Source: Candidatus Aenigmatarchaeota archaeon (GTDB lineage: Archaea > Aenigmatarchaeota > Aenigmatarchaeia > Aenigmatarchaeales > Aenigmatarchaeaceae). Taken from it: a stretch of 64,000 nt of DNA. The stretch is taken from positions 1 through 64,000 of the forward strand of contig JAZDKZ010000004.1 in NCBI GenBank assembly GCA_043802485.1, read 5' to 3'. The translations under genes and the position numbers were made by a program. Shown piece after piece: positions 19,501 to 28,310 of the stretch. The notes below the pieces were generated by a model. The model was not told the DNA's origin, did not search any database, and was given only the letters and a program-made list of their open reading frames with translations. Position 1 is the stretch's first letter. Every line of letters begins with the position of its first letter.

Positions 19501-22444
19501 AGTCGCCTCTAATCCCAAGATTAATGTAAGCCAGAATTATGTTTCCGGGAACGCGACAGACGCCGTGAATTCTTACATAGGAAACTTCACTGTCCTGTCG
19601 ATAGGAAACGACGCCATACAGAACGTAACCTTCAACTGCATAACAGGTGATGTTTGCAACAACTTTACTGTAAACTTCAACCCAGCAAATGTTTCTAGCG
19701 TAAATGTGGGGAACAACTATTCTGTTGCAGTCAACGCGACTGTTCCTCAGGGATATCCTGCAGGAAACTATAACGGAACCGTGAACGTGTCTACCGAGAA
19801 TGATGGTTACGACACTTTCATTCTGAATGTGACAATACTTCCCAACAGGTCATGGACGCTTTATCCGACATTCTGCGAGAAGGCGGAAGAGCCTGAAGCA
19901 GGAACGGCTTGCGAAATAGAGGTAATCAACAACGGCAACGATGTGATAAACTTCACAGTAACTCCTGAGAACGGTAATTATACAACAGTCAACACAACCA
20001 ATTTCTCTGTGGCAAATGGCTTGAACTATACCTTGGTCGTGACTTACAATGTAACCAACGTCACGCCTGCCATATTCAACTCGACGTTTTTAGTCAATGC
20101 CACACAGGCAGACGCGAATCCGGACAACATGACCTTCCAGGTGAACCTTCTTCCGAACATACCCCCCATGATGGACATTAAAATAAGCCCGAACTTTACC
20201 GAGCAGAACGACTCTGTGGTGTTCTTCACGAACCTTACAGACAGGTCCAACAGCGGAATAAAATGGATGAATGTCAGCGTTACAAAGCCTGACAGCACGA
20301 CTAACAGCACCGTGATGACGCTGCTCAACCAAACAGGCAACTTTTCCCAGTGGTACCTCAACTATACACAAACCCTTGGCAACACCAGCCTAAGGGGAGT
20401 CTACAACGTTTCTTTCACCACATCCGATAATGTCGGGAATCTGGGAAACGTCAGCACGAACTTCACAATATACAAAAAGATGCTTGTGACATCAACGACC
20501 CTTTCAGGAACATATTACCAAGGAGACACTGGTTCCATATACTTTGTAATCAAGAACGCAAGCGGCATCGGCATAAACAATTCCAATATAACATTCACGA
20601 TATTAGATCCTAATGGCAACATTTCGCATTATTCGCAAGAGCAGACCAATTCCGACGGAACAATATCCCCGATGCCAACGTTCACTCTGTCTTCAGATGC
20701 TCCAATAGGAACTTACAGCTTGTTTGCGAATTACAGCTTCTACGACGAAGTCCTTAACCAAACTCTAGGTATGCAAAAAAACAGCACGTTCGGAGGCGAG
20801 TCAAGAACAATAACCGTGACAGGACTTTTCGCAGACGTCGAGACGTCCGTGGTCTGGTACCCGAACAACATAATGAAGTTCGGCATCCTTGTCTACAACG
20901 GCGAGGGAAGGCCGGTCGATCCAGATCAGATAAACCTCACTGTTTACGACCCTGCAGACAACATCTATTTTGACAGAAGCATCTCATTTCTGACAAAGGA
21001 AGCGACCGGCTACTACACCTACTCACATGCCATGGGAGTAGGGACTGCCACAGGCATGTACATGGCAGTGCTAAACGTTTCGCAGGGCTCTTTCAATTCC
21101 ATGAAAATAAAGGCATTCAGGGTTTCTCAGGGAGGTCCCTACGACGTTAGAATAAATCTTTTCGAGAACGAGGTCCCGCAAGGCGACTATCTTGATTTCG
21201 AGATAGTAATAGAGAACAAGGGCGAGGTAACCCAGGACGTTTTCGTTGAATACAACGTAACTAAACAGGGAGTGGGCTACTATTCCTTCTCCGAAGCAGT
21301 CCTGACGCCTGCCTACAGCAACCAGAGCTTTACCAGGACAGCTTTCATATACACAAACCAGCCGCTGGGAACATATGTTCTGAACGCCAAGGTGACATAC
21401 AGTATCATCCAGTCACCGATTGATGCGAACACGACATTCAGTGTCATATCAGCCGCAGAACCAAAGCCGCCGCCCACACAGTCACCAACCGGGGACAGAC
21501 CCACATTCTATGTTATAAAGCCCACGCAGGAAACTGACGCAAGCATCCTGATAACAGGCTATAACAACAACATAACTCTTGCAAGAGGTTTCACTAAAAT
21601 AGAAAGTGTCATTGTCAAAAACAGCGGTAGGGTGAACCTTAACAATATGAGTCTGTTCGTGCTCGGAGTGCCTACGAACTGGTTCAACATAACTCCTGTA
21701 AAGTATGACACACTTGTTCCAGGCAATTCATCGGTATTCCTCATAGAATTCAACATACCAGAAAACGCCAACACAGGAAACTACAAGGCAAGCCTTCTAG
21801 CCACGTCAGGAGTGGTCAGCGACCAGCAGTCTATCGAAATAAACATCTTCAGCTCTATCAAGGAGATGCTTGAAACTGAGATAGCGATGGTTGAGAAAAG
21901 CCTCATAGAGCTGAAGATAGACCTTAGGGTGGCTGAACGCGAGGGCAAGGACGTCTCAGACGTGCTCACGATTGTTGACACCATAGAGTCCTACATAGAG
22001 GATGCAAAGGATTATCTGAGAAAAAACGACCTGGACTCTGGAATGGAAAGTATAACAAGCGCCCTGAGCCTGATAAAGAGGGCAAGAGACCTGCTGGACA
22101 TGCTGGAGATGGAGGAGCCAGAACCATTCGCATCATTGATATTCGTATTCGGTATACTGATAGCAATAATACTGGTAGTGATATTGCTGGTCTACCTCTG
22201 GAGGAAGAAGAGACTGAAACAGATGTTAAGGCCTTACATGTCTCGCATAAAGGATGTCTTCCATAGGTCCAAGAATAACGAGGCAGAGCTAGAAAGCCTA
22301 AAGAAAGAGAAGGACAAGATATACAGAATGATAAAGGTACTGGACAAGGAAAGAAGCGAGGGCATGATAACAGAAGGCACGTACAACAGGATGAAGGACA
22401 GCCTTGAAAGTAGATTGAATAAAATTGAGAAAAAGCTAAAATAA
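16589..22444 (+). CDS. Large surface glycoprotein (1,951 aa): N-terminal signal/TM, DUF2341-like start, Ig-like repeats, C-terminal TM and cytoplasmic coiled coil
   Basis: N-terminal hydrophobic helix; WWNVSWNYRVRI motif; YDDGSHEDGSADNKVF Ca-binding-like loop; TM LIFVFGILIAIILVVILLVYLW followed by RKKR. Confidence 0.88.
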   Translation: MEKVTIFAFLVIFVASAVGIYLLGSGITGMFIGFGQPTDAEWWNVSWNYRVRIDVNSTQYSRDNWPIEQEINFTDILPSGTFDINSTRVIEYSQGGTALYEVPSQFDQANDYSASNNALGTLIFIMNGTTGVNTNRTFYLYYDTVENGVKKEVSYSTNLTYSWDGQLITVNNSFMRLFIDTNREENTSGIYRSQDKYDNIIFSSGNSEKTTEYMEYSNGTYNMSFDLIGNASFVNGSVRITVEQNGDEIIFGSPSQQTGEANVTKKYYVYNNAGPQSRGTFIKIVQRVTNSEAYQIQRNSTMSGALAFDVNRTFNSGSINNKDGNTSNPYSWAWAVGIGGELVGVINLQQNGTSNYYTNESSSLNGRIGIQLDDTSIASGSYIEQFSLVYFAGAGGGDAVTEFLGIKDRFINPVEITQSLPEVWYVVNTPSSNATIFNRNETALLIGSVVSDDPYNLTEYMNATIDMGTPDTGDDQTVILYDDGSHEDGSADNKVFANTFEIPNDANVTTWSVNLTTFTNYTEFLNSTMYYFNVTDVFDVGVTILNKNPIENTMVFANIDVMNYNQSHYIAGATINCSFNSTDVVNKTDQNNGTYSVNFTTPSVGDYLLVCNATKNGNLGSNNDTFTSETAGTNVSIVSYPSEISVTNVSLYWNDSFSITANATNVGNGTAYSSNISLQLLAGWDADYLVQDCGDVYKNENCTKAFNITVPNGTTPGSYYINVSSNWTNPDSTLGSNLTSLNVTVESNPIVDLEENNITTEVADGYENYIGNFTVLSIGNDALQNISFDCYQGEVCNNFTLEFNPVNISGISVGENNSVAVNVTVTQGYPVGTYNGTVNVSAGNDGYDIIMMYVTVPTKTNLSITASPENYTVYNITQADNQTFSFEGIAENIGNGSARYANISLQVPSGWTPNSSLENCNNITKNENCTKAFNITVPNGTTPGSYYINVSSNWTNPDSTLGSNLTTLNVTVASNPKINVSQNYVSGNATDAVNSYIGNFTVLSIGNDAIQNVTFNCITGDVCNNFTVNFNPANVSSVNVGNNYSVAVNATVPQGYPAGNYNGTVNVSTENDGYDTFILNVTILPNRSWTLYPTFCEKAEEPEAGTACEIEVINNGNDVINFTVTPENGNYTTVNTTNFSVANGLNYTLVVTYNVTNVTPAIFNSTFLVNATQADANPDNMTFQVNLLPNIPPMMDIKISPNFTEQNDSVVFFTNLTDRSNSGIKWMNVSVTKPDSTTNSTVMTLLNQTGNFSQWYLNYTQTLGNTSLRGVYNVSFTTSDNVGNLGNVSTNFTIYKKMLVTSTTLSGTYYQGDTGSIYFVIKNASGIGINNSNITFTILDPNGNISHYSQEQTNSDGTISPMPTFTLSSDAPIGTYSLFANYSFYDEVLNQTLGMQKNSTFGGESRTITVTGLFADVETSVVWYPNNIMKFGILVYNGEGRPVDPDQINLTVYDPADNIYFDRSISFLTKEATGYYTYSHAMGVGTATGMYMAVLNVSQGSFNSMKIKAFRVSQGGPYDVRINLFENEVPQGDYLDFEIVIENKGEVTQDVFVEYNVTKQGVGYYSFSEAVLTPAYSNQSFTRTAFIYTNQPLGTYVLNAKVTYSIIQSPIDANTTFSVISAAEPKPPPTQSPTGDRPTFYVIKPTQETDASILITGYNNNITLARGFTKIESVIVKNSGRVNLNNMSLFVLGVPTNWFNITPVKYDTLVPGNSSVFLIEFNIPENANTGNYKASLLATSGVVSDQQSIEINIFSSIKEMLETEIAMVEKSLIELKIDLRVAEREGKDVSDVLTIVDTIESYIEDAKDYLRKNDLDSGMESITSALSLIKRARDLLDMLEMEEPEPFASLIFVFGILIAIILVVILLVYLWRKKRLKQMLRPYMSRIKDVFHRSKNNEAELESLKKEKDKIYRMIKVLDKERSEGMITEGTYNRMKDSLESRLNKIEKKLK
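18680..19487 (+). repeat. Intragenic direct repeat: 127-bp copies at 18680-18806 and 19361-19487, one mismatch
   Basis: aagaacgagaa(c/t)tgcacaaaggct...ggaagcaacctgacca read at both positions; offset 681 nt = 227 codons. Confidence 0.95.
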
Positions 22445-22446
22445 AA

Positions 22447-23355
22447 TCAAGCCGAAGACGCGTAGACTGTCAGCGTGGATGTGTTCAAGTAACCCGACGG
22501 GTAACCGGCCGGAACCCAGGCGTCAACTTCTAAAATAATGGTGTAACCTGGCGTCAGGCTGCCTTCCTGCAGATAACTCGACCCAGAGCATGTAGCAAAG
22601 TCTGGGGACGTTCTCTGGTCATAGTGGTATATGTATATCTTTGTGCAGTCATAATATGCAGCCACACAGTAGCCATCAATCGGTGCGGCATTCACATAAA
22701 AATAGCCCCAACTGTCGCCTGCATCTCCCAATGATACTGCATAAGGTCCTACAGGCGTCCTAGTGGCTGTGGTACCCAAGTCTACCTGATCCTCAATAGC
22801 AAACTGCGCATTCGTGTTGTTACAATAACCGTCAGTACCGTTTCCTAATACCCAAACATAGTCACTACTTGTGTTCCTTAGATATCCCCATGCTATTGCA
22901 TCTGCAGTGTCTACTGCTGACCAATCATTGTTAGGTATGTCCTGCGTCCAGTTCCACTCCAGTCTTCCCGCAAAATAAAAGCCAGAGTCAGTCTCGTTCT
23001 TCAATGCTATGACGCCGCCGGCAGAATAGTTTGTCGGGTAGGCAAGTCCGTACGGCCTCACAGGCTCAGTATCTATCGTATCGACATACGCATATATTTC
23101 TGTCACGTTTATAGAACCGCTGTTCTTTATGTTCAAGTACTTTACTCCACCTGCCTGTGATGTTCCAATGCTGGACCAGTTCAAAGAGTTGGGAACAACT
23201 GTTATAGAAGCCGCTTCTGTGACATTCACATCCATAGTCACTGTATCGTTAGCGGCCGCAAAGACTGGAACTGAAGTGATTACTGAACCGATCGCAAAAA
23301 TCACAAAAAAAGCTGCCAAAATAGCGCCAAAAAACAATATTTTCTTTTTTATCAT
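22447..23355 (-). CDS. Secreted beta-rich protein without a membrane anchor; candidate fibre/pilus major subunit
   Basis: Signal peptide ending VFAAA; mature N-terminus DTVTMDVNVTEAASITVVPNSLNW; C-terminus VPAGYPSGYLNTSTLTVYASSA; GGGTG RBS upstream. Confidence 0.75.
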   Translation of the reverse strand: MIKKKILFFGAILAAFFVIFAIGSVITSVPVFAAANDTVTMDVNVTEAASITVVPNSLNWSSIGTSQAGGVKYLNIKNSGSINVTEIYAYVDTIDTEPVRPYGLAYPTNYSAGGVIALKNETDSGFYFAGRLEWNWTQDIPNNDWSAVDTADAIAWGYLRNTSSDYVWVLGNGTDGYCNNTNAQFAIEDQVDLGTTATRTPVGPYAVSLGDAGDSWGYFYVNAAPIDGYCVAAYYDCTKIYIYHYDQRTSPDFATCSGSSYLQEGSLTPGYTIILEVDAWVPAGYPSGYLNTSTLTVYASSA

Positions 23356-23440
23356 TGTTTACACCCTTATAAGGTTAATAATAATTTCAAAGGACCGCTA
23401 TATAAATATTATTATATTGTTATAGACACAATAAAATTCT
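23356..23440. promoter_or_regulatory. Divergent AT-rich promoter region between the candidate fibre subunit and the chaperone-like operon
   Basis: 85-bp AT-rich gap containing tatataaat and related TATA-like elements between divergent genes. Confidence 0.55.
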
Positions 23441-24373
23441 ATGAAACTTCGTTCTCTGGCAGTAACAGCACTCTTCTTTTCGCTTCTAATGCTGTCCAAC
23501 CGCGCTTTCTCGGCACCAAACTACAATGTGGGGGTGTCCCCAGGATCGATAGACCTTGGAGAGGTTGAGGCAGGCACGACAAAGGTAGTAGATTTCTACA
23601 TAGTCACAATGTCAGAAGAGACTATGTTAGTGCGGCTTGATCCAGAAACTGTGATTTTTGATACTGTTCCGTTTAAGAACAACTTTTCTGAAGAAAACAT
23701 GCTATCATGGATAAACATCATAGACAACCCAGTCGAACTTGAACCAAAATACGAGACTTTGCAGACGTTGGGGGGCAGCATAAACAGCCATAGACAAGTC
23801 AGTTTCTTAATCAATATACCTGATGACGCAGAGCCAGGATACCACATGATAAAGATGAAACCAGTGCCACTGGCAACGCGGGAAGAGATAGGCTCGGTAG
23901 GGAGCATGGTTGTGGCAGTGACGTCCGTAAAGGTCATGTTCAATGTTGCCGGCGACCCTGTCAGAAAGGGAACAATACTTGACGTGGAGACCGGCAGCTA
24001 CAGAGAAGGTTCTGTTGAAATGAAGACATATTTTCAGAACACCGGAACTGTCACAATATCTGCCAACGGCAACCAGAAAATATATGACAAGGAGGGCAAG
24101 CTGGTGGGCACAATAAACCTTGGCAAGACCTACATAGCACCCAAGGAAATAAAAACTTTCAGAGGGACGCTGAAAACAGCAGACCTTCCCCCTGAAGAAT
24201 ATAATGTATATACTGTCATCGACTACACGACTGGAAAGGCGGAAAAAAGCTCCTCAATAGAGCTATCGCCAGCCACGTCGCTGGCCATAGAGCAAGGAGG
24301 CGACATGACGCTGCTCTTTCTCATCCTAATAGTATTAATTGTTTCGATAATAATATACAGAAGAGTAAGATGA
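23441..24373 (+). CDS. Two-Ig-domain membrane-anchored protein resembling DUF916/DUF3324 (WxL-interacting) or PapD-like chaperones
   Basis: Signal peptide; VGVSPGSIDL...SWI...VSFLINIPDDAEPGYH; second domain FQNTGTV...IYDKEGKLV...YIAPKEIKTF; C-terminal TM followed by RRVR. Confidence 0.7.
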   Translation: MKLRSLAVTALFFSLLMLSNRAFSAPNYNVGVSPGSIDLGEVEAGTTKVVDFYIVTMSEETMLVRLDPETVIFDTVPFKNNFSEENMLSWINIIDNPVELEPKYETLQTLGGSINSHRQVSFLINIPDDAEPGYHMIKMKPVPLATREEIGSVGSMVVAVTSVKVMFNVAGDPVRKGTILDVETGSYREGSVEMKTYFQNTGTVTISANGNQKIYDKEGKLVGTINLGKTYIAPKEIKTFRGTLKTADLPPEEYNVYTVIDYTTGKAEKSSSIELSPATSLAIEQGGDMTLLFLILIVLIVSIIIYRRVR

Positions 24374-24870
24374 ACGCAAAATATCTGCTATTGGCCCTTG
24401 TTGTTGTTTTCGTGCTGCTTGCAAACATGTTGGAGCCTCCTGAACCAGCAGGAACAGTTGGGAACAAGACTGTTGGCAACTACTCCAACCTGTTCTTTAG
24501 CTACAACATAATAAGGTATCCGTCTTCTGTGGAGATAACGCCCGCAGAGAGCCTGAACAACTCGATAGTGCTGGGGTTCGCCACAGAGAGCTGGAGCATC
24601 AACTTTGGCTCGGTGCCGGCCAAGGGCAGCTATGCCACCAGGACTGTAGACATTTCGAACTCCAATGAATTCGACGTAGAGATAATCATGAAGGCCTACG
24701 GCAACATATCGGACATGGTCATCTTCAGAGAAAACAACATTGTCCTTGAGCCTGGTGAGAAGAAATCAGTGGGTATTGTTCTGGAGAGCAAAGAGGATAT
24801 CGGCAACTATTCGGGTGAAATTGACATCATGATCAAGAAACCTATTTATATTTTTCCCTCTATAGTTTGA
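24370..24870 (+). CDS. Secreted/anchored single Ig-like domain protein
   Basis: ATGA overlap; N-terminal hydrophobic helix; INFGSVP...GNYSGEIDI. Confidence 0.75.
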   Translation: MNAKYLLLALVVVFVLLANMLEPPEPAGTVGNKTVGNYSNLFFSYNIIRYPSSVEITPAESLNNSIVLGFATESWSINFGSVPAKGSYATRTVDISNSNEFDVEIIMKAYGNISDMVIFRENNIVLEPGEKKSVGIVLESKEDIGNYSGEIDIMIKKPIYIFPSIV

Positions 24871-24873
24871 TTG

Positions 24874-25620
24874 ATGAGGAATTCTTTATTCATTGTCGGT
24901 TGCTTCCTGCTGTTGATATGCACAGCATACGCTGCGTCTGTCGAGGTTGGTATATCCGAGGTTATGGAAGGAAAGTTGATATCACTGTCGCATGATAATG
25001 CCACAAATATTGTAAAATTTTCTGCAGAGTTCTACAATACAGGAAGCGTGCCGTACAAGACTAGGATGAAGACAGAGATAATCAAAGGCGATGAAACAGT
25101 CTTCAATGGTTGGAGCGACGAGAAAGACTTTATGCCAGGCGACAAGAGAATGTTCGAAACATATTGGCATGCCACAACCTCTGGAGCATATTCTGTAAAG
25201 CTGAAAGCCTACTTTGGGAACGAAATCAAAGAATACAAAAAGGTTGATTTTGTTGTGGGCAGTGTGGCAGACTCTGAAGACGTCTTTGCCATAGAAAACT
25301 TTAGAACATATGATGATTACGTTCTGTTTGATGTCGTGTCAAATGAAGACGTTGAGAATGTGATAATAATGCCTTCAGGCTATACTGCCGGTTGGATATT
25401 CGAACAGAAAACGATAGATAACCTGACAAAAAACAGCTCAAAGTACGTCATGATCAAATACAAACCAACTCTTTGGTCGCGTTCTGCTGTCAAAATGTCA
25501 ATAGTCTCTGATGACGGCAAGTACTATACAGAGGAATCGCTTGAAATGAAAAAGCTGGAAGGCCTGACAGGTCTCTATTTCTATATTACAGACAGCATCA
25601 AATATGCTCTTTTCAAGTAA
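24874..25620 (+). CDS. Secreted Ig-like protein (~248 aa)
   Basis: Signal peptide ending AYA; FYNTGSVP motif shared with the Ig domains of neighbours (FLNSGTEK, FQNTGTV). Confidence 0.78.
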   Translation: MRNSLFIVGCFLLLICTAYAASVEVGISEVMEGKLISLSHDNATNIVKFSAEFYNTGSVPYKTRMKTEIIKGDETVFNGWSDEKDFMPGDKRMFETYWHATTSGAYSVKLKAYFGNEIKEYKKVDFVVGSVADSEDVFAIENFRTYDDYVLFDVVSNEDVENVIIMPSGYTAGWIFEQKTIDNLTKNSSKYVMIKYKPTLWSRSAVKMSIVSDDGKYYTEESLEMKKLEGLTGLYFYITDSIKYALFK

Positions 25621-25725
25621 TTATATTTCAATATAGCTTCTATATAGTATCTATATCTATACAGAAAAGTATTTATATAAAATTTATATGTTATCTATAT
25701 AGTTGCAATATAGAAAGGGATTGAT

Positions 25726-25944
25726 TTGACGGAAAACGGGCTCACAGGCAATGATTTCGAGAAAAAGGTTCTTGACCTGCTAAGTCAGGAGCTGCTTTCT
25801 GTTTCTCAGATAGCCAAAAAACTCGGGATAAGAAGGGATGTTGCAGCAGGCTATCTCGAGGCATTGAAGAACCAGGGAAAGCTGGAGCTCCATAAGGTGG
25901 GCAGATCCAACATATACATGGTTCCAAGGAGGCCGAAGAAATGA
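25726..25944 (+). CDS. Small winged helix-turn-helix transcription regulator
   Basis: LSVSQIAKKLGIRRDVAAGYLEALKNQGKLELHKVGRSNIY is a typical wHTH; TTG start. Confidence 0.82.
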   Translation: MTENGLTGNDFEKKVLDLLSQELLSVSQIAKKLGIRRDVAAGYLEALKNQGKLELHKVGRSNIYMVPRRPKK

Positions 25945-28310
25945 AAAGAGCGCTTTTCCTGGCAGTTGTAATGCTCCTGCTTTCGATTCAAGTAGCTTCG
26001 GCAGCGCCAGTCATACAGAACGTCTCCATCAGCCCGTCAAGCCCGTGGTTGGGCGAGAACGTCAACATCTACCTGTCGTGCGCAGACAGTTTGAACAATT
26101 CGATAGAAAGCGTGTATGCAGACATAACAGGGCCCAGCATAACCCTTCCAAGGCTTCACTTTTCAGGTTATGAAAACTATCAGCTGACTGTCAGCAAGGA
26201 TTATCTTGACAGGACAGGGCTATACAATGCTATGATATACTGTAAGAACAACCTGAGCAATGTCTCAAGCAATGCAACCAGCTTTTACGTTTCAAGCCTC
26301 ATAGGATACATAAGCATTGTCAATCCTGAACCAGCGTACATAGGGGACACAATAACGATAGACTTTGTGCTAGAGAAGGATGGCGCAAGAATAACGACGG
26401 GGGCAGCTTTCAATGTCTCGCTTAACGGCGTGCTGAAAACCCTGAAGGTCGTTCCTGCCTATGACAGCATCAGGGGATGGATACTGAAGCTTGATGCACC
26501 CACAACTTCTGGCAACTACGACTTGGACGCTGTGGCGTTTTATGGTGGCACAAGCGTGTCAGACTCGGACACGATAGACGTCAGGAACAGCATAGAGTTT
26601 GAAATAGTTTCCATGGACAAAAACTGGATCAAGGGCAATGACAACATGACTGTAGTGCTTAGGGCTATGGAAAAGGGCAGCGTCATCGATCTTGACAAGA
26701 GCGATGTTGGGATAAAGATAGGGTCAGGCGATGCTGAAGTTACCGGATTTTCCAGACAAGGCGACACTTATGTTGCAAATATAATAGCACCCACATTGTC
26801 GCCAGGAAGATACCAGCTGGAGGCGTACCTCTATCATGCTGGCAAGACATATTCTGACAGTAGGTCGGTTGACTACATAGTCGCCGTGTCAGGAGACATA
26901 GTGGATGCCAACAACAAGGCTGTCAGCACGCAGATAAAGTTCATCCAGTATGGCGTTACCAAGCTTACGTTGTCAAGCGATTCTTACGGACATTATAGCG
27001 GTTCAATACCTCTGGGCACGTACGACATAACTGTCAGCTTTCCCAAATCGAAACTCGAGTTGACCAGCGTTCTTGTCAACAATTTCGACGACCCGATAAA
27101 CCATTTTTATGGGGACGACTTTGAAATAACCGGCCTGAGAAACGCGGGAGTTTACAACTATGACATTGACCTCACATATTCAATAGTCAGGATTGAGATG
27201 GACTATAATGAAAAGAACATAGTGGACGAGAACAATCTCAGAGTATACAGGTGCTCAGAATGGAACTCCGGGAAGAAGGTTTGCAATGATGAATGGGAAG
27301 AGATAGGCTATGAAATAGACATGATAAGAAACAAAGCAAAAGTCAACTCTTCGAGCCTGTCGGCTTTTGTGATAGGAGAGGTAAAGGACATTAATGTAAT
27401 TTTCAGCCTTGACAAAGAAGAGTACAACCTTGATGAAAAAATAAAGGTTTCTGGCATAGTCAAGGATGCTGACGGCAAAAGCGTGAGCAACGCTTCTCTT
27501 CGCGTCTATATCAAAAACACACTAGAAAGCCTTGACACTATTGCCGACAACAACGGCGTCTTCTCCTTAGAGCTCGATGTTCCGGAGAACGAGGGAGAGT
27601 ATCTGATAGTAGTGGAGGCTGAAAAGGAACCGTATAACGATTTCAAGGGAGAGAAGAGCTTTGATGTTGTGAAAAGCAGGTCTCTCTTTATAGATTTCCC
27701 AGAAACTGTAAGAATAGAGAGGGGCAAGAACTTTAGCCAGGAGTTCACTATTTTGAACAATGGTCAAATCAATATTGATAACATAATGTTAACCTTGGAG
27801 GGGCTTCCTTCAGAGTATTACAACATAAGGCCTGAAACAATAGGCTTGGACGTGGATGAAAGCAGGACCATCTACATAGACTTTTCAGTTCCTGTTTATG
27901 CAGAAACTGGGATATCAAGTGTCAGTTTGAAAGCAGAGAATGAGGAGCTTTCAGAAGAGATTGTTTTCGGTTTCAATGTCTTCGAGGAGGATGACCAGGT
28001 TTCAGTGCCGACAACAGGACTTGCCACAGGCTTTGCAATACCGCAGATAAGCTATATGGAATTGGTTTATGTGGGCGTTTTTGCAGTAGTTTGTTTTTCC
28101 GCGGCAATTCTTTTGAAGAAGAGGACAGCTGGGGACAAAAGAAGCAATATAAGGAGCTTCCTTTTCGGTGTCAGAAAATATATGAGCTTTGATGACAGAA
28201 CGTCTGTTGTGAAAAAAGATGGCTCGTATGACAAGCTGATAATAACAGAATTTCCTAATGTTTTAAAATTTTCCAATAATTTGACTCAAACAGAAAAAGG
28301 TGATAAATAA
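25941..28310 (+). CDS. Membrane-anchored multi-Ig surface protein (789 aa)
   Basis: Signal peptide ending ASA; carboxypeptidase-regulatory-like beta domains; TM LVYVGVFAVVCFSAAILL followed by KKR. Confidence 0.82.
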   Translation: MKRALFLAVVMLLLSIQVASAAPVIQNVSISPSSPWLGENVNIYLSCADSLNNSIESVYADITGPSITLPRLHFSGYENYQLTVSKDYLDRTGLYNAMIYCKNNLSNVSSNATSFYVSSLIGYISIVNPEPAYIGDTITIDFVLEKDGARITTGAAFNVSLNGVLKTLKVVPAYDSIRGWILKLDAPTTSGNYDLDAVAFYGGTSVSDSDTIDVRNSIEFEIVSMDKNWIKGNDNMTVVLRAMEKGSVIDLDKSDVGIKIGSGDAEVTGFSRQGDTYVANIIAPTLSPGRYQLEAYLYHAGKTYSDSRSVDYIVAVSGDIVDANNKAVSTQIKFIQYGVTKLTLSSDSYGHYSGSIPLGTYDITVSFPKSKLELTSVLVNNFDDPINHFYGDDFEITGLRNAGVYNYDIDLTYSIVRIEMDYNEKNIVDENNLRVYRCSEWNSGKKVCNDEWEEIGYEIDMIRNKAKVNSSSLSAFVIGEVKDINVIFSLDKEEYNLDEKIKVSGIVKDADGKSVSNASLRVYIKNTLESLDTIADNNGVFSLELDVPENEGEYLIVVEAEKEPYNDFKGEKSFDVVKSRSLFIDFPETVRIERGKNFSQEFTILNNGQINIDNIMLTLEGLPSEYYNIRPETIGLDVDESRTIYIDFSVPVYAETGISSVSLKAENEELSEEIVFGFNVFEEDDQVSVPTTGLATGFAIPQISYMELVYVGVFAVVCFSAAILLKKRTAGDKRSNIRSFLFGVRKYMSFDDRTSVVKKDGSYDKLIITEFPNVLKFSNNLTQTEKGDK

